Positions 17,523 through 28,217 of a DNA stretch of 64,000 nt are shown here, in pieces. The notes under the pieces are model-generated. The model saw only the letters and a program-made list of their open reading frames with translations. It was not told the DNA's origin and made no database searches. A program made the position numbers and the translations under genes. The DNA comes from an uncultured Eubacterium sp. (GTDB lineage: Bacteria > Bacillota > Clostridia > Lachnospirales > Lachnospiraceae), in contig CAJUBZ010000009.1 of NCBI GenBank assembly GCA_910584795.1, forward strand, positions 21,396 to 85,395. The letters run 5' to 3'. Numbering within the stretch: position 1 is the stretch's first letter; each line of letters starts with the position of its first letter.

Positions 17523-18593
17523 TTATTTTGTATAAAATTCCTGCACCCAGTATGACCGAATTAGTAATTCGCCAAAATCTCCAATCATATTTCCGGCATC
17601 AAAATATCCTATCCCAATACATTCATATTTTGGATTTAGCATATTCTCTTTATGATATTTTTCACCATATAAATGTTTATAAGCATATGCCACAAACTTT
17701 GTTACATCTTCTGGTTTATCAGCTGTGTAGGCTAAATTCTCGCCAATTAATTTTCCCTTTTTAAAACCAACCTGATTATAAACAGTACTAAAGCTTTGAC
17801 CATTTGGTCTTTCATGAGACCATTTCTCAGATATCTCTGTTGCTCTGATGTCTGCAATCTCAATTAATTTATCCAGCATCTTTAAAGGTTGTGCTTTCAC
17901 TTTTATTCTATCCTTGTTTAACCTGGATAACATTTCGAAAATAATTTTCTGGTTTGCTGCTTTTACAGGATCCTTATAGTCTGTCACAATTACTGAACAT
18001 GATACTTTCTTTCCTGCTACAGTAGCTGTAATCTTGCATTTTCCTTTCGCTTTTGCAATTACTAACCCTTTTTTACTAACGGTAGCAACATTTTCATTAC
18101 TTGATTTCCATTTTGCTGACTTTTTGGTATTGTATACCTTCAATTGAAACTGTCCTGGTTTTCCAGCATATATCGGTTCAGCATCTTCTGTATAAGTTAT
18201 TTTCTGTACATCCATTTTGACATTTAACATTCCTAAAGTTACTTTTGTAAACTTTTTAGAAGACACTACTAAATTTTCCTGAACCCTTACTTTACAAGTA
18301 TAAGTTTTTTTCTTATATTTTGCCTTGATTTTACATTGTCCTTTACCGACACCTTTAATCTTTCCTTTTTTTACTGTAGCTACTTTCTTATTTGTACTGC
18401 GCCATTTTATCTTAGCTCCCTTAGGTACATTCAACATTTTTACTTTAAATGTTTTTCCCGCTACTACATAAACTGATTTGTAATTCAAGTAAGGATTACC
18501 TGCTGCCTGAACATCTTTAAACAATTGTCCTGTAACCATAACGGTCATAATAGCAATCATAACCAAAGAAAGTACTTTTTTTAACTTAAACAT
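17523..18593 (-). CDS. Secreted Ig-like (Big_2) plus CAP/SCP domain protein
   Basis: Signal peptide; two W-x-S-x-N-x-x-VATV repeats; SHERPNG, GENLA, HKENML, IGIG and YWVQEF CAP motifs. Confidence 0.85.
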   Translation of the reverse strand: MFKLKKVLSLVMIAIMTVMVTGQLFKDVQAAGNPYLNYKSVYVVAGKTFKVKMLNVPKGAKIKWRSTNKKVATVKKGKIKGVGKGQCKIKAKYKKKTYTCKVRVQENLVVSSKKFTKVTLGMLNVKMDVQKITYTEDAEPIYAGKPGQFQLKVYNTKKSAKWKSSNENVATVSKKGLVIAKAKGKCKITATVAGKKVSCSVIVTDYKDPVKAANQKIIFEMLSRLNKDRIKVKAQPLKMLDKLIEIADIRATEISEKWSHERPNGQSFSTVYNQVGFKKGKLIGENLAYTADKPEDVTKFVAYAYKHLYGEKYHKENMLNPKYECIGIGYFDAGNMIGDFGELLIRSYWVQEFYTK

Positions 18594-18694
18594 AATAATA
18601 CCTCCTACCTTTACATTATTCTTAGCATTACATATCTTTACAAGTTTATTTTATCTTAACTCTATATATTTGTAAATTCTGAAGTTCGCAATAA

Positions 18695-19819
18695 TTATTT
18701 TATCTTATATGAATATTTAACCTTTGCATTTTTAAATACATAATCCTGTGCTTTGTTTAATAATACAAGTTCTTTCATTTCCTTATCTGTATACTTCTCT
18801 TTCATTTCTTCTGCACTATCCAGATTCGCTTCTGCATAAGAATTTTCGTATTCTTCTTCAATCTCCTCTTTCGTTGCAGTAAGTTTCAAATCCTTTGTCA
18901 ACTGCCATAACAATAACTCAGACTTTAATTCAACATTGTAATTTTCCTGTATTACTTCATCGGTTAATCCATTCATTTGTTTATACTCTTCAACAGATAC
19001 ACTTGCAAATTCTGCTTCTGCTTCTGTATCCGCATCCATTGTATCAATTACCTGCTGCTGAAATTCTGCAGGAATTGCCTTTAAATTCACTTTTTCTATT
19101 GCTTGATTCCACAATGCTGGTTTTACAATTTCCTCTTTGATATATTCTTTTTCCCATTCATAGAATTCATCAACATTGGAAACTCCTCTCTCTTCAAAAT
19201 ACTCTTCCTTAACCCATTTATCTGTTACTTTACTAACTACAAGTTTATTAACGTTTAATACTTTTAATTCATACTTGATTTTTTTCCCTGAATAATCTAT
19301 TTTATCCATGGACAATACATTTGCATCTTTACCGTTTTCTATATTTATGGAGATTTTATCTCCTTTCTTATGACCTTTTATCTTGTCCGAAAAAATTTTG
19401 TATGCACCACTATTAATACTACTTCCAATATCTATAGACTGTTCTTCCATTGATAAATCCTGAACTTTTTTCCCATCGATATATGCTGTATAATCAAAAT
19501 CAACCTGATCTGTATCCTTTGCTGCACGATCTACTTCATAGTGATAATTTGTATCTTCACTGACACACTCATCCCATTGTTCCTGTGTAACTTCATATTT
19601 CAGACCCGTCACATCTCCTACCGAAATATAATCTTCTGTTTTAAATCCAAGTTCTTTATCAATATCTGCCTTTGGTTTAATACTTTTTGACCAGTATACA
19701 ACAATTGCAAAAACAATAATAATCACTGCAATAATAGCTGGTACAACTAATTTTGTAAAATCAAATTTCTTTTCCTCTATCTTGTTTTCCTTTAAATTTT
19801 CCTGATTGTTGTTTTCCAC
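18695..19819 (-). CDS. Membrane-anchored trigger factor-like FKBP/chaperone protein
   Basis: N-terminal TM helix; RAAKDTDQVDFDYTAYIDGK FKBP-like segment; helical C-terminus ending KAQDYVFKNAKV. Confidence 0.7.
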   Translation of the reverse strand: MENNNQENLKENKIEEKKFDFTKLVVPAIIAVIIIVFAIVVYWSKSIKPKADIDKELGFKTEDYISVGDVTGLKYEVTQEQWDECVSEDTNYHYEVDRAAKDTDQVDFDYTAYIDGKKVQDLSMEEQSIDIGSSINSGAYKIFSDKIKGHKKGDKISINIENGKDANVLSMDKIDYSGKKIKYELKVLNVNKLVVSKVTDKWVKEEYFEERGVSNVDEFYEWEKEYIKEEIVKPALWNQAIEKVNLKAIPAEFQQQVIDTMDADTEAEAEFASVSVEEYKQMNGLTDEVIQENYNVELKSELLLWQLTKDLKLTATKEEIEEEYENSYAEANLDSAEEMKEKYTDKEMKELVLLNKAQDYVFKNAKVKYSYKIK

Positions 19820-19935
19820 TGTTCTATCTCCTTTATAGTATTTTAAATAAGTAATGAAAAAGAATCTTTATAAATAAAAGATCCTTTTTTATCTTATCAT
19901 AATTTGATAAATTAATATATATTTTTTTGCAATGT

Positions 19936-21441
<1,506 letters not shown>

Positions 21442-21518
21442 TCACGCTATTTTATCGAAAATACTAACACAAAAAAGCGACACAGTCAATGACTATATCG
21501 CTTTTATTGACAAAAAAC

Positions 21519-21660
21519 GTAACAGTTCAGCCATCAGCTCGAATTTGCTTTGCTTCTTCTCGCTGATTTGGCTCACCATATGATACAGAACATATATATC
21601 AAATTGTCTGCAAGCAGTCATTTGCTATAAATGTTCTGTATCGCATGGCTGAACTGTTAC
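21519..21660 (+). mobile_element. 142 bp MITE-like / structured RNA element, copy A
   Basis: Perfect 16 bp terminal inverted repeat GTAACAGTTCAGCCAT; colinear with 24265-24401 and 36407-36548. Confidence 0.8.
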
Positions 21661-21668
21661 CAAAAATC

Positions 21669-22169
21669 TTATTCAGCCTTAATCACAATATTTGGTCGTA
21701 CATGGTGCATGGCCTCAATTACTTTTTCATTCGGCTCAAACAACACCTTCACCTTGCCATTTGCATTATTAATTATCATGGCATAAACTGTACGTTTTTT
21801 ATTCCCTGACGAATAATCTTTCAAAACAGCATTCATAGAAGCTCTCACAACTTGTTCTGACATGACCGGAGCAATAATTTCTGCTTCCCTGATATTATAA
21901 TTAGCAATATTTTTTCTTCTGCTCTGTCCCATGATTTTATCTACAGTAAAATCACCATTCAAAAGAGAATATTCATATTCCACATTAGTATATAACCATA
22001 CCATATAAGAAGCATATCCCAGCAAAACTGTTAGAGTAAAACCTAATATACCTAACCAAAGTATGCTCATTACACCTATCAGAACAACAAAGACAGAAAA
22101 TATGCGCAGTAATACTCCTGATATATTCGTTCCTCTTTTAATAATCTGTTCTACAAAAACCTCATCCAT
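21669..22169 (-). CDS. Conserved membrane protein (DUF6106-like)
   Basis: MDEVFVEQIIK, two TM helices, VEYEYS...VDKIMGQSRRK, VLFEPNE; start moved to ATG 22169. Confidence 0.7.
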   Translation of the reverse strand: MDEVFVEQIIKRGTNISGVLLRIFSVFVVLIGVMSILWLGILGFTLTVLLGYASYMVWLYTNVEYEYSLLNGDFTVDKIMGQSRRKNIANYNIREAEIIAPVMSEQVVRASMNAVLKDYSSGNKKRTVYAMIINNANGKVKVLFEPNEKVIEAMHHVRPNIVIKAE

Positions 22170-22179
22170 AACGCCTCCA

Positions 22180-23856
22180 TTATTCAACAGATACAATATA
22201 ATAATACACTGGCTGTCCTCCCGGATAAACTTCCACTTCAAGATCCGGAAGAGCCTCTGTAATCTTCTCTGAAAGAGTTTCTGCATCCTCACTGGTTACA
22301 CCCTCTCCATAGTATATACTGACAATTTCTGAATCTTCATCCTGCATTTCTTTTATCATTTCAACAGTAGTATCTGCAATATCTTCTCCAACAGCTAACA
22401 TCCCTGCATCGCCGATACCCATAATATTGCCTTCTCTGATTTCTTTATCATCAATCACAGTATCTCTGACAGCATATGTTACCTCACCTGATTTCACATA
22501 TGACATGCTGTCTATCATTGCTTCTTTATTTTCGTCCGGTGTACTATCCTCTATAAATCCTATCATTGCTGAAATTCCCTGCGGAATTGTCTTTGACGGA
22601 ATAACAATGAGGTTTTTATCCTCCACCAGACTCTCTGCCTGATTTGCAGCCAGAATAATGTTTTTATTATTCGGAAGAACAAATATATTTTCTGCATTCA
22701 CTTTATCCACAGCATTGAGAATATCCTCTGTGCTTGGATTCATTGTTTGTCCTCCGGAAATAATATAATCCACATTTAAACCTTTGAAAATTTCATCTAA
22801 TCCTTCACCTACAGAAACAGCAATAAAACCATATTTCTTCTTTGGCTCATTTGCCTTTGCCTTTTCTTCCTCAGCTTTCTGCTGTTCTGCCATTTTCTGA
22901 GCATTTTTAATAAGTCTCTCATGATGTTCTTCTCTCATATTATCTATCTTCATTCTGGATAAAGAACCGTATGTTAATGCTCTTGTAAATGCCTCTCCCG
23001 GCTGATTCGTATGAACATGCACTTTCACAATCTCATCATCTGCAACCAGCACAATCGAATCTCCAATAGATTCCAGGAAGTCTTTAAATGATTTTTCTTC
23101 TTCCTGTGGCATTGGATTGTCCAAGTTAATAATAAACTCTGTACAATATCCAAACTTGATATCAGCCTCGTCTAACGGAATATCATCCACAACCATACTG
23201 CTGCCTGTACCTGCTGTTTCTAATGTATAATCAACTTCTTTTCCAAGGAATGCATCATATGCTCCCTTAATTACAACCATAAGTCCCTGTCCACCGGAAT
23301 CTACAACTCCTGCCTGCTTTAATACCGGCAGCATCTCAGGAGTCTGGCTCAGCACATAGTCACCATGCTTGATTATCTCATCAATTACATAAGACAAATC
23401 ATCACTTTCTCCCAACATTTCGCATGCCTTATCAGCCATACCTTTTGCTACTGTCAGAATTGTACCTTCCTTTGGTTTCATAACTGCCTTATATGCTGTT
23501 TCAACTGCTCTGACACATGCCTTAGAAAGAACCTCTACATTAATCTCATCATATTTTTTGATTTCTCGAGTAAATCCTCTAAATAACTGCGATAAAATTA
23601 CTCCGGAATTCCCTCTGGCACCTCTTAGAGAACCTGTAGAAATAGCCTTCGCTACTGTCTCCATGGTAGGATCAGCAATTGCTCCAACTTCATTCGCTGC
23701 TGACATAATTGTAAGCGTCATATTCGTTCCTGTATCACCATCCGGTACCGGAAATACATTTAACTCATTAATCCATTCTTTTTTTGCTTCAAGATTTTTT
23801 GCGCCTGCAATAAACATCTTCTGTAACATCTGCGCATCAATTACATTTATTTCCAA
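22180..23856 (-). CDS. fakA: DAK2-domain fatty acid kinase subunit (YloV/FakA)
   Basis: NELNVFPVPDGDTGTNM, GARGNSGVILSQ, GYCTEF, GGQTMNPS. Confidence 0.92.
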   Translation of the reverse strand: MEINVIDAQMLQKMFIAGAKNLEAKKEWINELNVFPVPDGDTGTNMTLTIMSAANEVGAIADPTMETVAKAISTGSLRGARGNSGVILSQLFRGFTREIKKYDEINVEVLSKACVRAVETAYKAVMKPKEGTILTVAKGMADKACEMLGESDDLSYVIDEIIKHGDYVLSQTPEMLPVLKQAGVVDSGGQGLMVVIKGAYDAFLGKEVDYTLETAGTGSSMVVDDIPLDEADIKFGYCTEFIINLDNPMPQEEEKSFKDFLESIGDSIVLVADDEIVKVHVHTNQPGEAFTRALTYGSLSRMKIDNMREEHHERLIKNAQKMAEQQKAEEEKAKANEPKKKYGFIAVSVGEGLDEIFKGLNVDYIISGGQTMNPSTEDILNAVDKVNAENIFVLPNNKNIILAANQAESLVEDKNLIVIPSKTIPQGISAMIGFIEDSTPDENKEAMIDSMSYVKSGEVTYAVRDTVIDDKEIREGNIMGIGDAGMLAVGEDIADTTVEMIKEMQDEDSEIVSIYYGEGVTSEDAETLSEKITEALPDLEVEVYPGGQPVYYYIVSVE

Positions 23857-23884
23857 AATTTTATCCTCCTAAGGGTAAGACTGA

Positions 23885-24244
23885 TTAGTCTATTGTTCTT
23901 ACGCCTTCAACAAATATATTGACTTTTTTCACTGTCATGCCAGTGAACTCTTCTATTTTATACTTCACACTTGAAATAATATTATCTGCGATTGTGGCTA
24001 TATTAACACCATACGCTACAATAATATGAAAATCAATTAATATCTCATTATTTTCGTTTATCTCTACATTTATTCCTTTTGTTGAACTATCCTTCTTTAG
24101 TAATCTGACCAGACCATCTTTCATGCTGACCATCGCCATACCTACAATTCCAAAACATTCATATGCTGTCTCACCTGCGTATTTTGCGATAACTTCCGGA
24201 CTAATTAAAATTTGTCCCATTTCAGTATTCATCTTACCTTTCAT
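23885..24244 (-). CDS. Asp23/Gls24 family protein (YloU)
   Basis: ECFGIVGMA, IIVAYGVNI, VNIFVEGVR; conserved position upstream of yloV; ATG 24244. Confidence 0.9.
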   Translation of the reverse strand: MKGKMNTEMGQILISPEVIAKYAGETAYECFGIVGMAMVSMKDGLVRLLKKDSSTKGINVEINENNEILIDFHIIVAYGVNIATIADNIISSVKYKIEEFTGMTVKKVNIFVEGVRTID

Positions 24245-24264
24245 ATATGTTCCTCCTTTATGAG

Positions 24265-24401
24265 TTAACCGTCCAACCATGCGATATAATTTATATAACG
24301 AAAGACTGCTTACAGACTATGTGCCAAATCTATTATATCATTTGGTGAACCAGTACAGCAAGAAAATCCGTAGGATCTTGAGCTGATGGCTGGACTGTTA
24401 T
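24265..24401 (-). mobile_element. 137 bp MITE-like / structured RNA element, copy B (inverted relative to A and C)
   Basis: Reverse complement TAACAGTCCAGCCATCAGCTC...TTCACCAAATGATA...CTGTAAGCAG...TATCGCATGGTTGGACGGTTA is colinear with copy A. Confidence 0.8.
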
Positions 24402-24476
24402 ATTTATTTACATATTAGTTTACACAGTTATGGTTATTATACTCTTTTTGGTAAAAAAAGACAATAGCGAAAGATG

Positions 24477-24677
24477 GAGCTGTGCATAAATAGAAAAAGA
24501 GCGTGAGTCAAAAGTTTACTTTTGATACACACTCTTTTTCTATTTATATAGAGCGAAGCTCGGTAGTGAAATGGAGCCCGCAGGGCGAAATCGAACTAGC
24601 ACAACTCTCTACTTATATAGAGCGAAGTTCGGTAGTGAGATGAAACCCGCAGGACAAAATCGAACTAACACAGCTTC
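24477..24677 (-). repeat. Structured repeat with a 69 bp tandem duplication
   Basis: ATAAATAGAAAAAGAG/CTCTTTTTCTATTTAT stem; imperfect 69 bp direct repeats 24540-24608 and 24609-24677. Confidence 0.8.
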
Positions 24678-24684
24678 TATAACC

Positions 24685-24870
24685 CTATGCGCGTTCTACT
24701 TTTCCTGATTTTAAACAAGATGTGCAAACATACATCTTCTTTGCTCCGCCTTCAGTTTTTACCTTAACAGACTTTACGTTTGACTTCCACATTTTGTTTG
24801 TTTTTCTATGTGAATGACTCACTGCATTTCCAAAATGAGCACCTTTACCGCAAATACTACATTTAGCCAT
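24685..24870 (-). CDS. rpmB: 50S ribosomal protein L28
   Basis: MAKCSICGKG..FGNAVSHSHRKT..MYVCTSCLKS. Confidence 0.97.
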   Translation of the reverse strand: MAKCSICGKGAHFGNAVSHSHRKTNKMWKSNVKSVKVKTEGGAKKMYVCTSCLKSGKVERA

Positions 24871-24990
24871 AATAGCACCTCCCTTGTATAAATTAGGTCA
24901 AACTACTCTTTCGACCTGACACAAAGGCTATCATAACAGAGTTGGAAAGAAAATGCAAGCATTTTCTGACACAAAACTCCTTGAACTTTC

Positions 24991-27408
24991 CTAACACAAA
25001 ACTTCTTTTGCAATGTCAGCACTCATTTTTGCATCTTTCGCATAATAATCCGCACCAATCTTCATTGCATAATCTTCTGTCAGCACTGCACCACCAACCA
25101 TAACTTTACAATTTACATTGTTTTGTCTCAATAATTTTATTGTATCTTCCATGGAACATAACGTTGTAGTCATTAATGCAGACAGACCAACGAGACTCAC
25201 ATGATTCTCCACTGCCGCCTCAACCACCTTCATCGGCTCCACATCTCGCCCCAAATCAATCACGTCAAAACCATAATTCTCTAATATTACTTTTACGATA
25301 TTCTTTCCAATATCATGAATGTCCCCCTTTACAGTGGCAAGAACAATTTTTCCTTTAGACTCCGACTTCGTGCCATTACCTGCCAGATATGTCTTTATTT
25401 CATCGAAACACTCTTTCGCCACATCTGCCGCCAAAATCAACTGTGGAAGAAAAATTTTACCTTTTTCAAACTTATCTCCAACTACATCCAAAGCCGGTAT
25501 CAGCATTTCATTGATAATCTCCATAGGGTCTTTATTCGTCAGATATTCTTTTGTCAGCTTCCTTCCTTCACTCTTCATACCGGTTTCCATTGCATGAAAA
25601 ATTGCCTCTGCCTCAACAGATGATAAATGAACAGCTGATGTATCTGCTTTTATTTCTATATTATTGACACTGGCTGTAACAGAAGTTTCTGGTACATGAC
25701 TATTGGAATATTCAATAAAGCTCATAGAATTTTTATCGATATCTGCAAGAACTTTATAAGTCTTAACAGCCCAGACCATAGATGAAACATTTGGATTAAT
25801 AATCGGTAAATCCAAACCGCTATGAAGTGCCATTGTAAGGAACGTCTTATTTACAATTTCTCTGTTCGGAAGTCCAAATGAAATATTAGACACTCCAAGT
25901 ACAGTCTTTAATCCTAACTGATTTTTAACAATACTCAATGCCTCTAATGTTTCAAGACATGCTTTTTGTTCTGCAGAAACTGTAAGGGTAAGACAGTCTA
26001 TAATGATATCTTCCTTTGGAATACCATAGTACATTGCCTTATTCATAATCTTCTCGGCAATGGCAACACGTCCCTCCACGCTGTCAGGAATGCCATTCTC
26101 ATCTAATGCCAGTCCTATAACTGCCGCACCATATTTCGCTACTACCGGCAGAATTGCATCCAATACTTTTTCTTCTCCATTCACAGAGTTTATAATAGGC
26201 TTTCCATTATAGACTCTTAAAGCTGCCTCTAAAACCTCCGGTTTTGTAGAGTCAATCTGTAAAGGTACATCCACAATTCCCTGAAGTGCCTTGACTGTTT
26301 TTATCATCATTTCCCGCTCATCAATTTCGGGAGAGCCTACATTTACATCTAAAATATCAGCCTCAGCTTCTACCTGCTCAATAGCCTGTCCCAAAATATA
26401 ATCCATATCATTTTCTATTAATGCCTGCTTAAAACGTTTCTTTCCTGTTGGATTAATTCTTTCTCCAATAATTCTTGGCTGATTCACTACAACAGTCTTT
26501 AACGGAGAACATACTGCCAGTTCTCTTTTGTATACCGGTCTTATAAATTCTCCTTTTTCTGCCGCATCCTGAAGCATTTCTTTCAATTCCGAAATATATT
26601 CCGGTGTTGTTCCACAACATCCGCCTAGAATTTTAACACCATACCGCAGCATTTCCCTGCATACTACAGCAAACTCTTTCGCAGATACATTATATGTATT
26701 TGTCAAAGGATCAGGCAGTCCGGCATTTGCTTTCACTACAATTGGAAGTGCTGTCCACTCTGAAATTTCTTTTACAATAGGTAATAAGTCTTTTGGTCCT
26801 AAAGAACAGTTCACACCTAATGCATCTACTCCAAGTCCTTCCAAAGTCAGGCACATGGCAGATACAGAACATCCTGTAAAAGTACGCATATTTTCTTCGA
26901 AGGTCATGGTTGTAATAACAGGCAGATTCGAATTTTCTTTCGCTGCCAGCACTGCGGCTTTTGTCTCCATTAAATCTGTCATTGTCTCAATAACGATAAT
27001 ATCTGCCTCTTTTGCCGCCAAAACCTCTTCTTTAAAAATATCATATGCCTCTTCAAAAGAAAGACTCCCTGTAGGTTCCAATAACTGTCCAATCGGTCCC
27101 ATATCCAATGCCACCAAGGTTTCTGTACCTTTACATGCCTCTCTTGCATTATCAATTGCCGCACCAATCAGTTCTTGTACGGAATACCCTGAATGTTCCA
27201 TTTTATATCGATTCGCACCAAAGGTGTTAGCATAAACAATATTTGCCCCGGCTGCAATATACCGGCTATGAATATCAATAATCCATTCCGGCTTCGTAAT
27301 ATTCAAAGTTTCCGGTATCGTACCTATTGCCATTCCTTTTTGTTGCAGCATTGTGCCCATTGCGCCATCCAATATAATATACTCTTGCCTAAAAATATCT
27401 TTTGCCAT
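24991..27408 (-). CDS. metH: Cobalamin-dependent methionine synthase core (homocysteine, folate and B12 domains; no reactivation domain)
   Basis: LDGAMGTMLQ, GGCCGTTP, IGERINPTGKK, GDIHDIGKN B12 motif. Confidence 0.9.
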   Translation of the reverse strand: MAKDIFRQEYIILDGAMGTMLQQKGMAIGTIPETLNITKPEWIIDIHSRYIAAGANIVYANTFGANRYKMEHSGYSVQELIGAAIDNAREACKGTETLVALDMGPIGQLLEPTGSLSFEEAYDIFKEEVLAAKEADIIVIETMTDLMETKAAVLAAKENSNLPVITTMTFEENMRTFTGCSVSAMCLTLEGLGVDALGVNCSLGPKDLLPIVKEISEWTALPIVVKANAGLPDPLTNTYNVSAKEFAVVCREMLRYGVKILGGCCGTTPEYISELKEMLQDAAEKGEFIRPVYKRELAVCSPLKTVVVNQPRIIGERINPTGKKRFKQALIENDMDYILGQAIEQVEAEADILDVNVGSPEIDEREMMIKTVKALQGIVDVPLQIDSTKPEVLEAALRVYNGKPIINSVNGEEKVLDAILPVVAKYGAAVIGLALDENGIPDSVEGRVAIAEKIMNKAMYYGIPKEDIIIDCLTLTVSAEQKACLETLEALSIVKNQLGLKTVLGVSNISFGLPNREIVNKTFLTMALHSGLDLPIINPNVSSMVWAVKTYKVLADIDKNSMSFIEYSNSHVPETSVTASVNNIEIKADTSAVHLSSVEAEAIFHAMETGMKSEGRKLTKEYLTNKDPMEIINEMLIPALDVVGDKFEKGKIFLPQLILAADVAKECFDEIKTYLAGNGTKSESKGKIVLATVKGDIHDIGKNIVKVILENYGFDVIDLGRDVEPMKVVEAAVENHVSLVGLSALMTTTLCSMEDTIKLLRQNNVNCKVMVGGAVLTEDYAMKIGADYYAKDAKMSADIAKEVLC

Positions 27409-27462
27409 ACTTCTCTCCTAATTTTTCAACACTTCATTCACTAATAATAAATACAAACAAAT

Positions 27463-28143
27463 CTATTTTCCACAAGTCAGCCCTTCTTTTCGAAACTGAC
27501 ATTTTTCCCGCAGACTGCACATCTCACAACTTTTTTTGCTTGAAGTGTTAAGTCCATGCCCAAGACCTATCACACATGTAACAGACTTCGTCGGTGTCAG
27601 CATCATACTATCATTGACGCATACACCAATACGTTTTGGCGCCTCCACTATGTCTAAAAACTGTTTCTGACATTCTAATGGAAAATCATCATATCCTAAA
27701 CCAAATCTCCATGTGTGTTCATATTCCATAAAATCTTTTAATATTATCTCCTCTGCCTTATCGCAGACCTGCTCAATGACTGCAGATGCAAGACTGTCGG
27801 TTATCATAGCTTCTGCCATACCTATAATCTGTTGTTTTCTTATCAGCAAATCCACACCGGCAGACAAAGTTGCACACATAAAAATAACCTTATTACAATT
27901 TCTCAAATGATTCCTTATAGCCTGCCCCTGTAATATAAAATCTGCTCCCTGAATCTGCCCATCCTTTAAATCAAAAACTTTATAAACAAATTTTCCTTCC
28001 ATAAAACGCTGCAATAATTTTCCACACGATAAAAGAAGCTCCTCTGTTTTATCATCCGGGACATTTTCTCCATACCCCAGATACCTTAGAGCCTCATTAA
28101 AATTTATATCTTCAATTACAATATTTCTCTCACGATGATTCAT
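27463..28143 (-). CDS. Stand-alone methionine synthase reactivation domain protein
   Basis: EALRYLGY, CATLS, RFGLGYDDFPL, MLTPTKSVT, C-terminal CxxCx4C; lies between metF and metH. Confidence 0.85.
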   Translation of the reverse strand: MNHRERNIVIEDINFNEALRYLGYGENVPDDKTEELLLSCGKLLQRFMEGKFVYKVFDLKDGQIQGADFILQGQAIRNHLRNCNKVIFMCATLSAGVDLLIRKQQIIGMAEAMITDSLASAVIEQVCDKAEEIILKDFMEYEHTWRFGLGYDDFPLECQKQFLDIVEAPKRIGVCVNDSMMLTPTKSVTCVIGLGHGLNTSSKKSCEMCSLREKCQFRKEGLTCGK

Positions 28144-28217
28144 AACAAAACTTATTTATGAACTATGTAAATTATATTTCTATAACTACGCTTGTCCTCT
28201 TTCCTATTTTACCTGTT

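Noticed and set aside
24540..24677. Possible CRISPR mini-array
   Set aside because: Two contiguous diverged units with no unique spacers and no cas genes.
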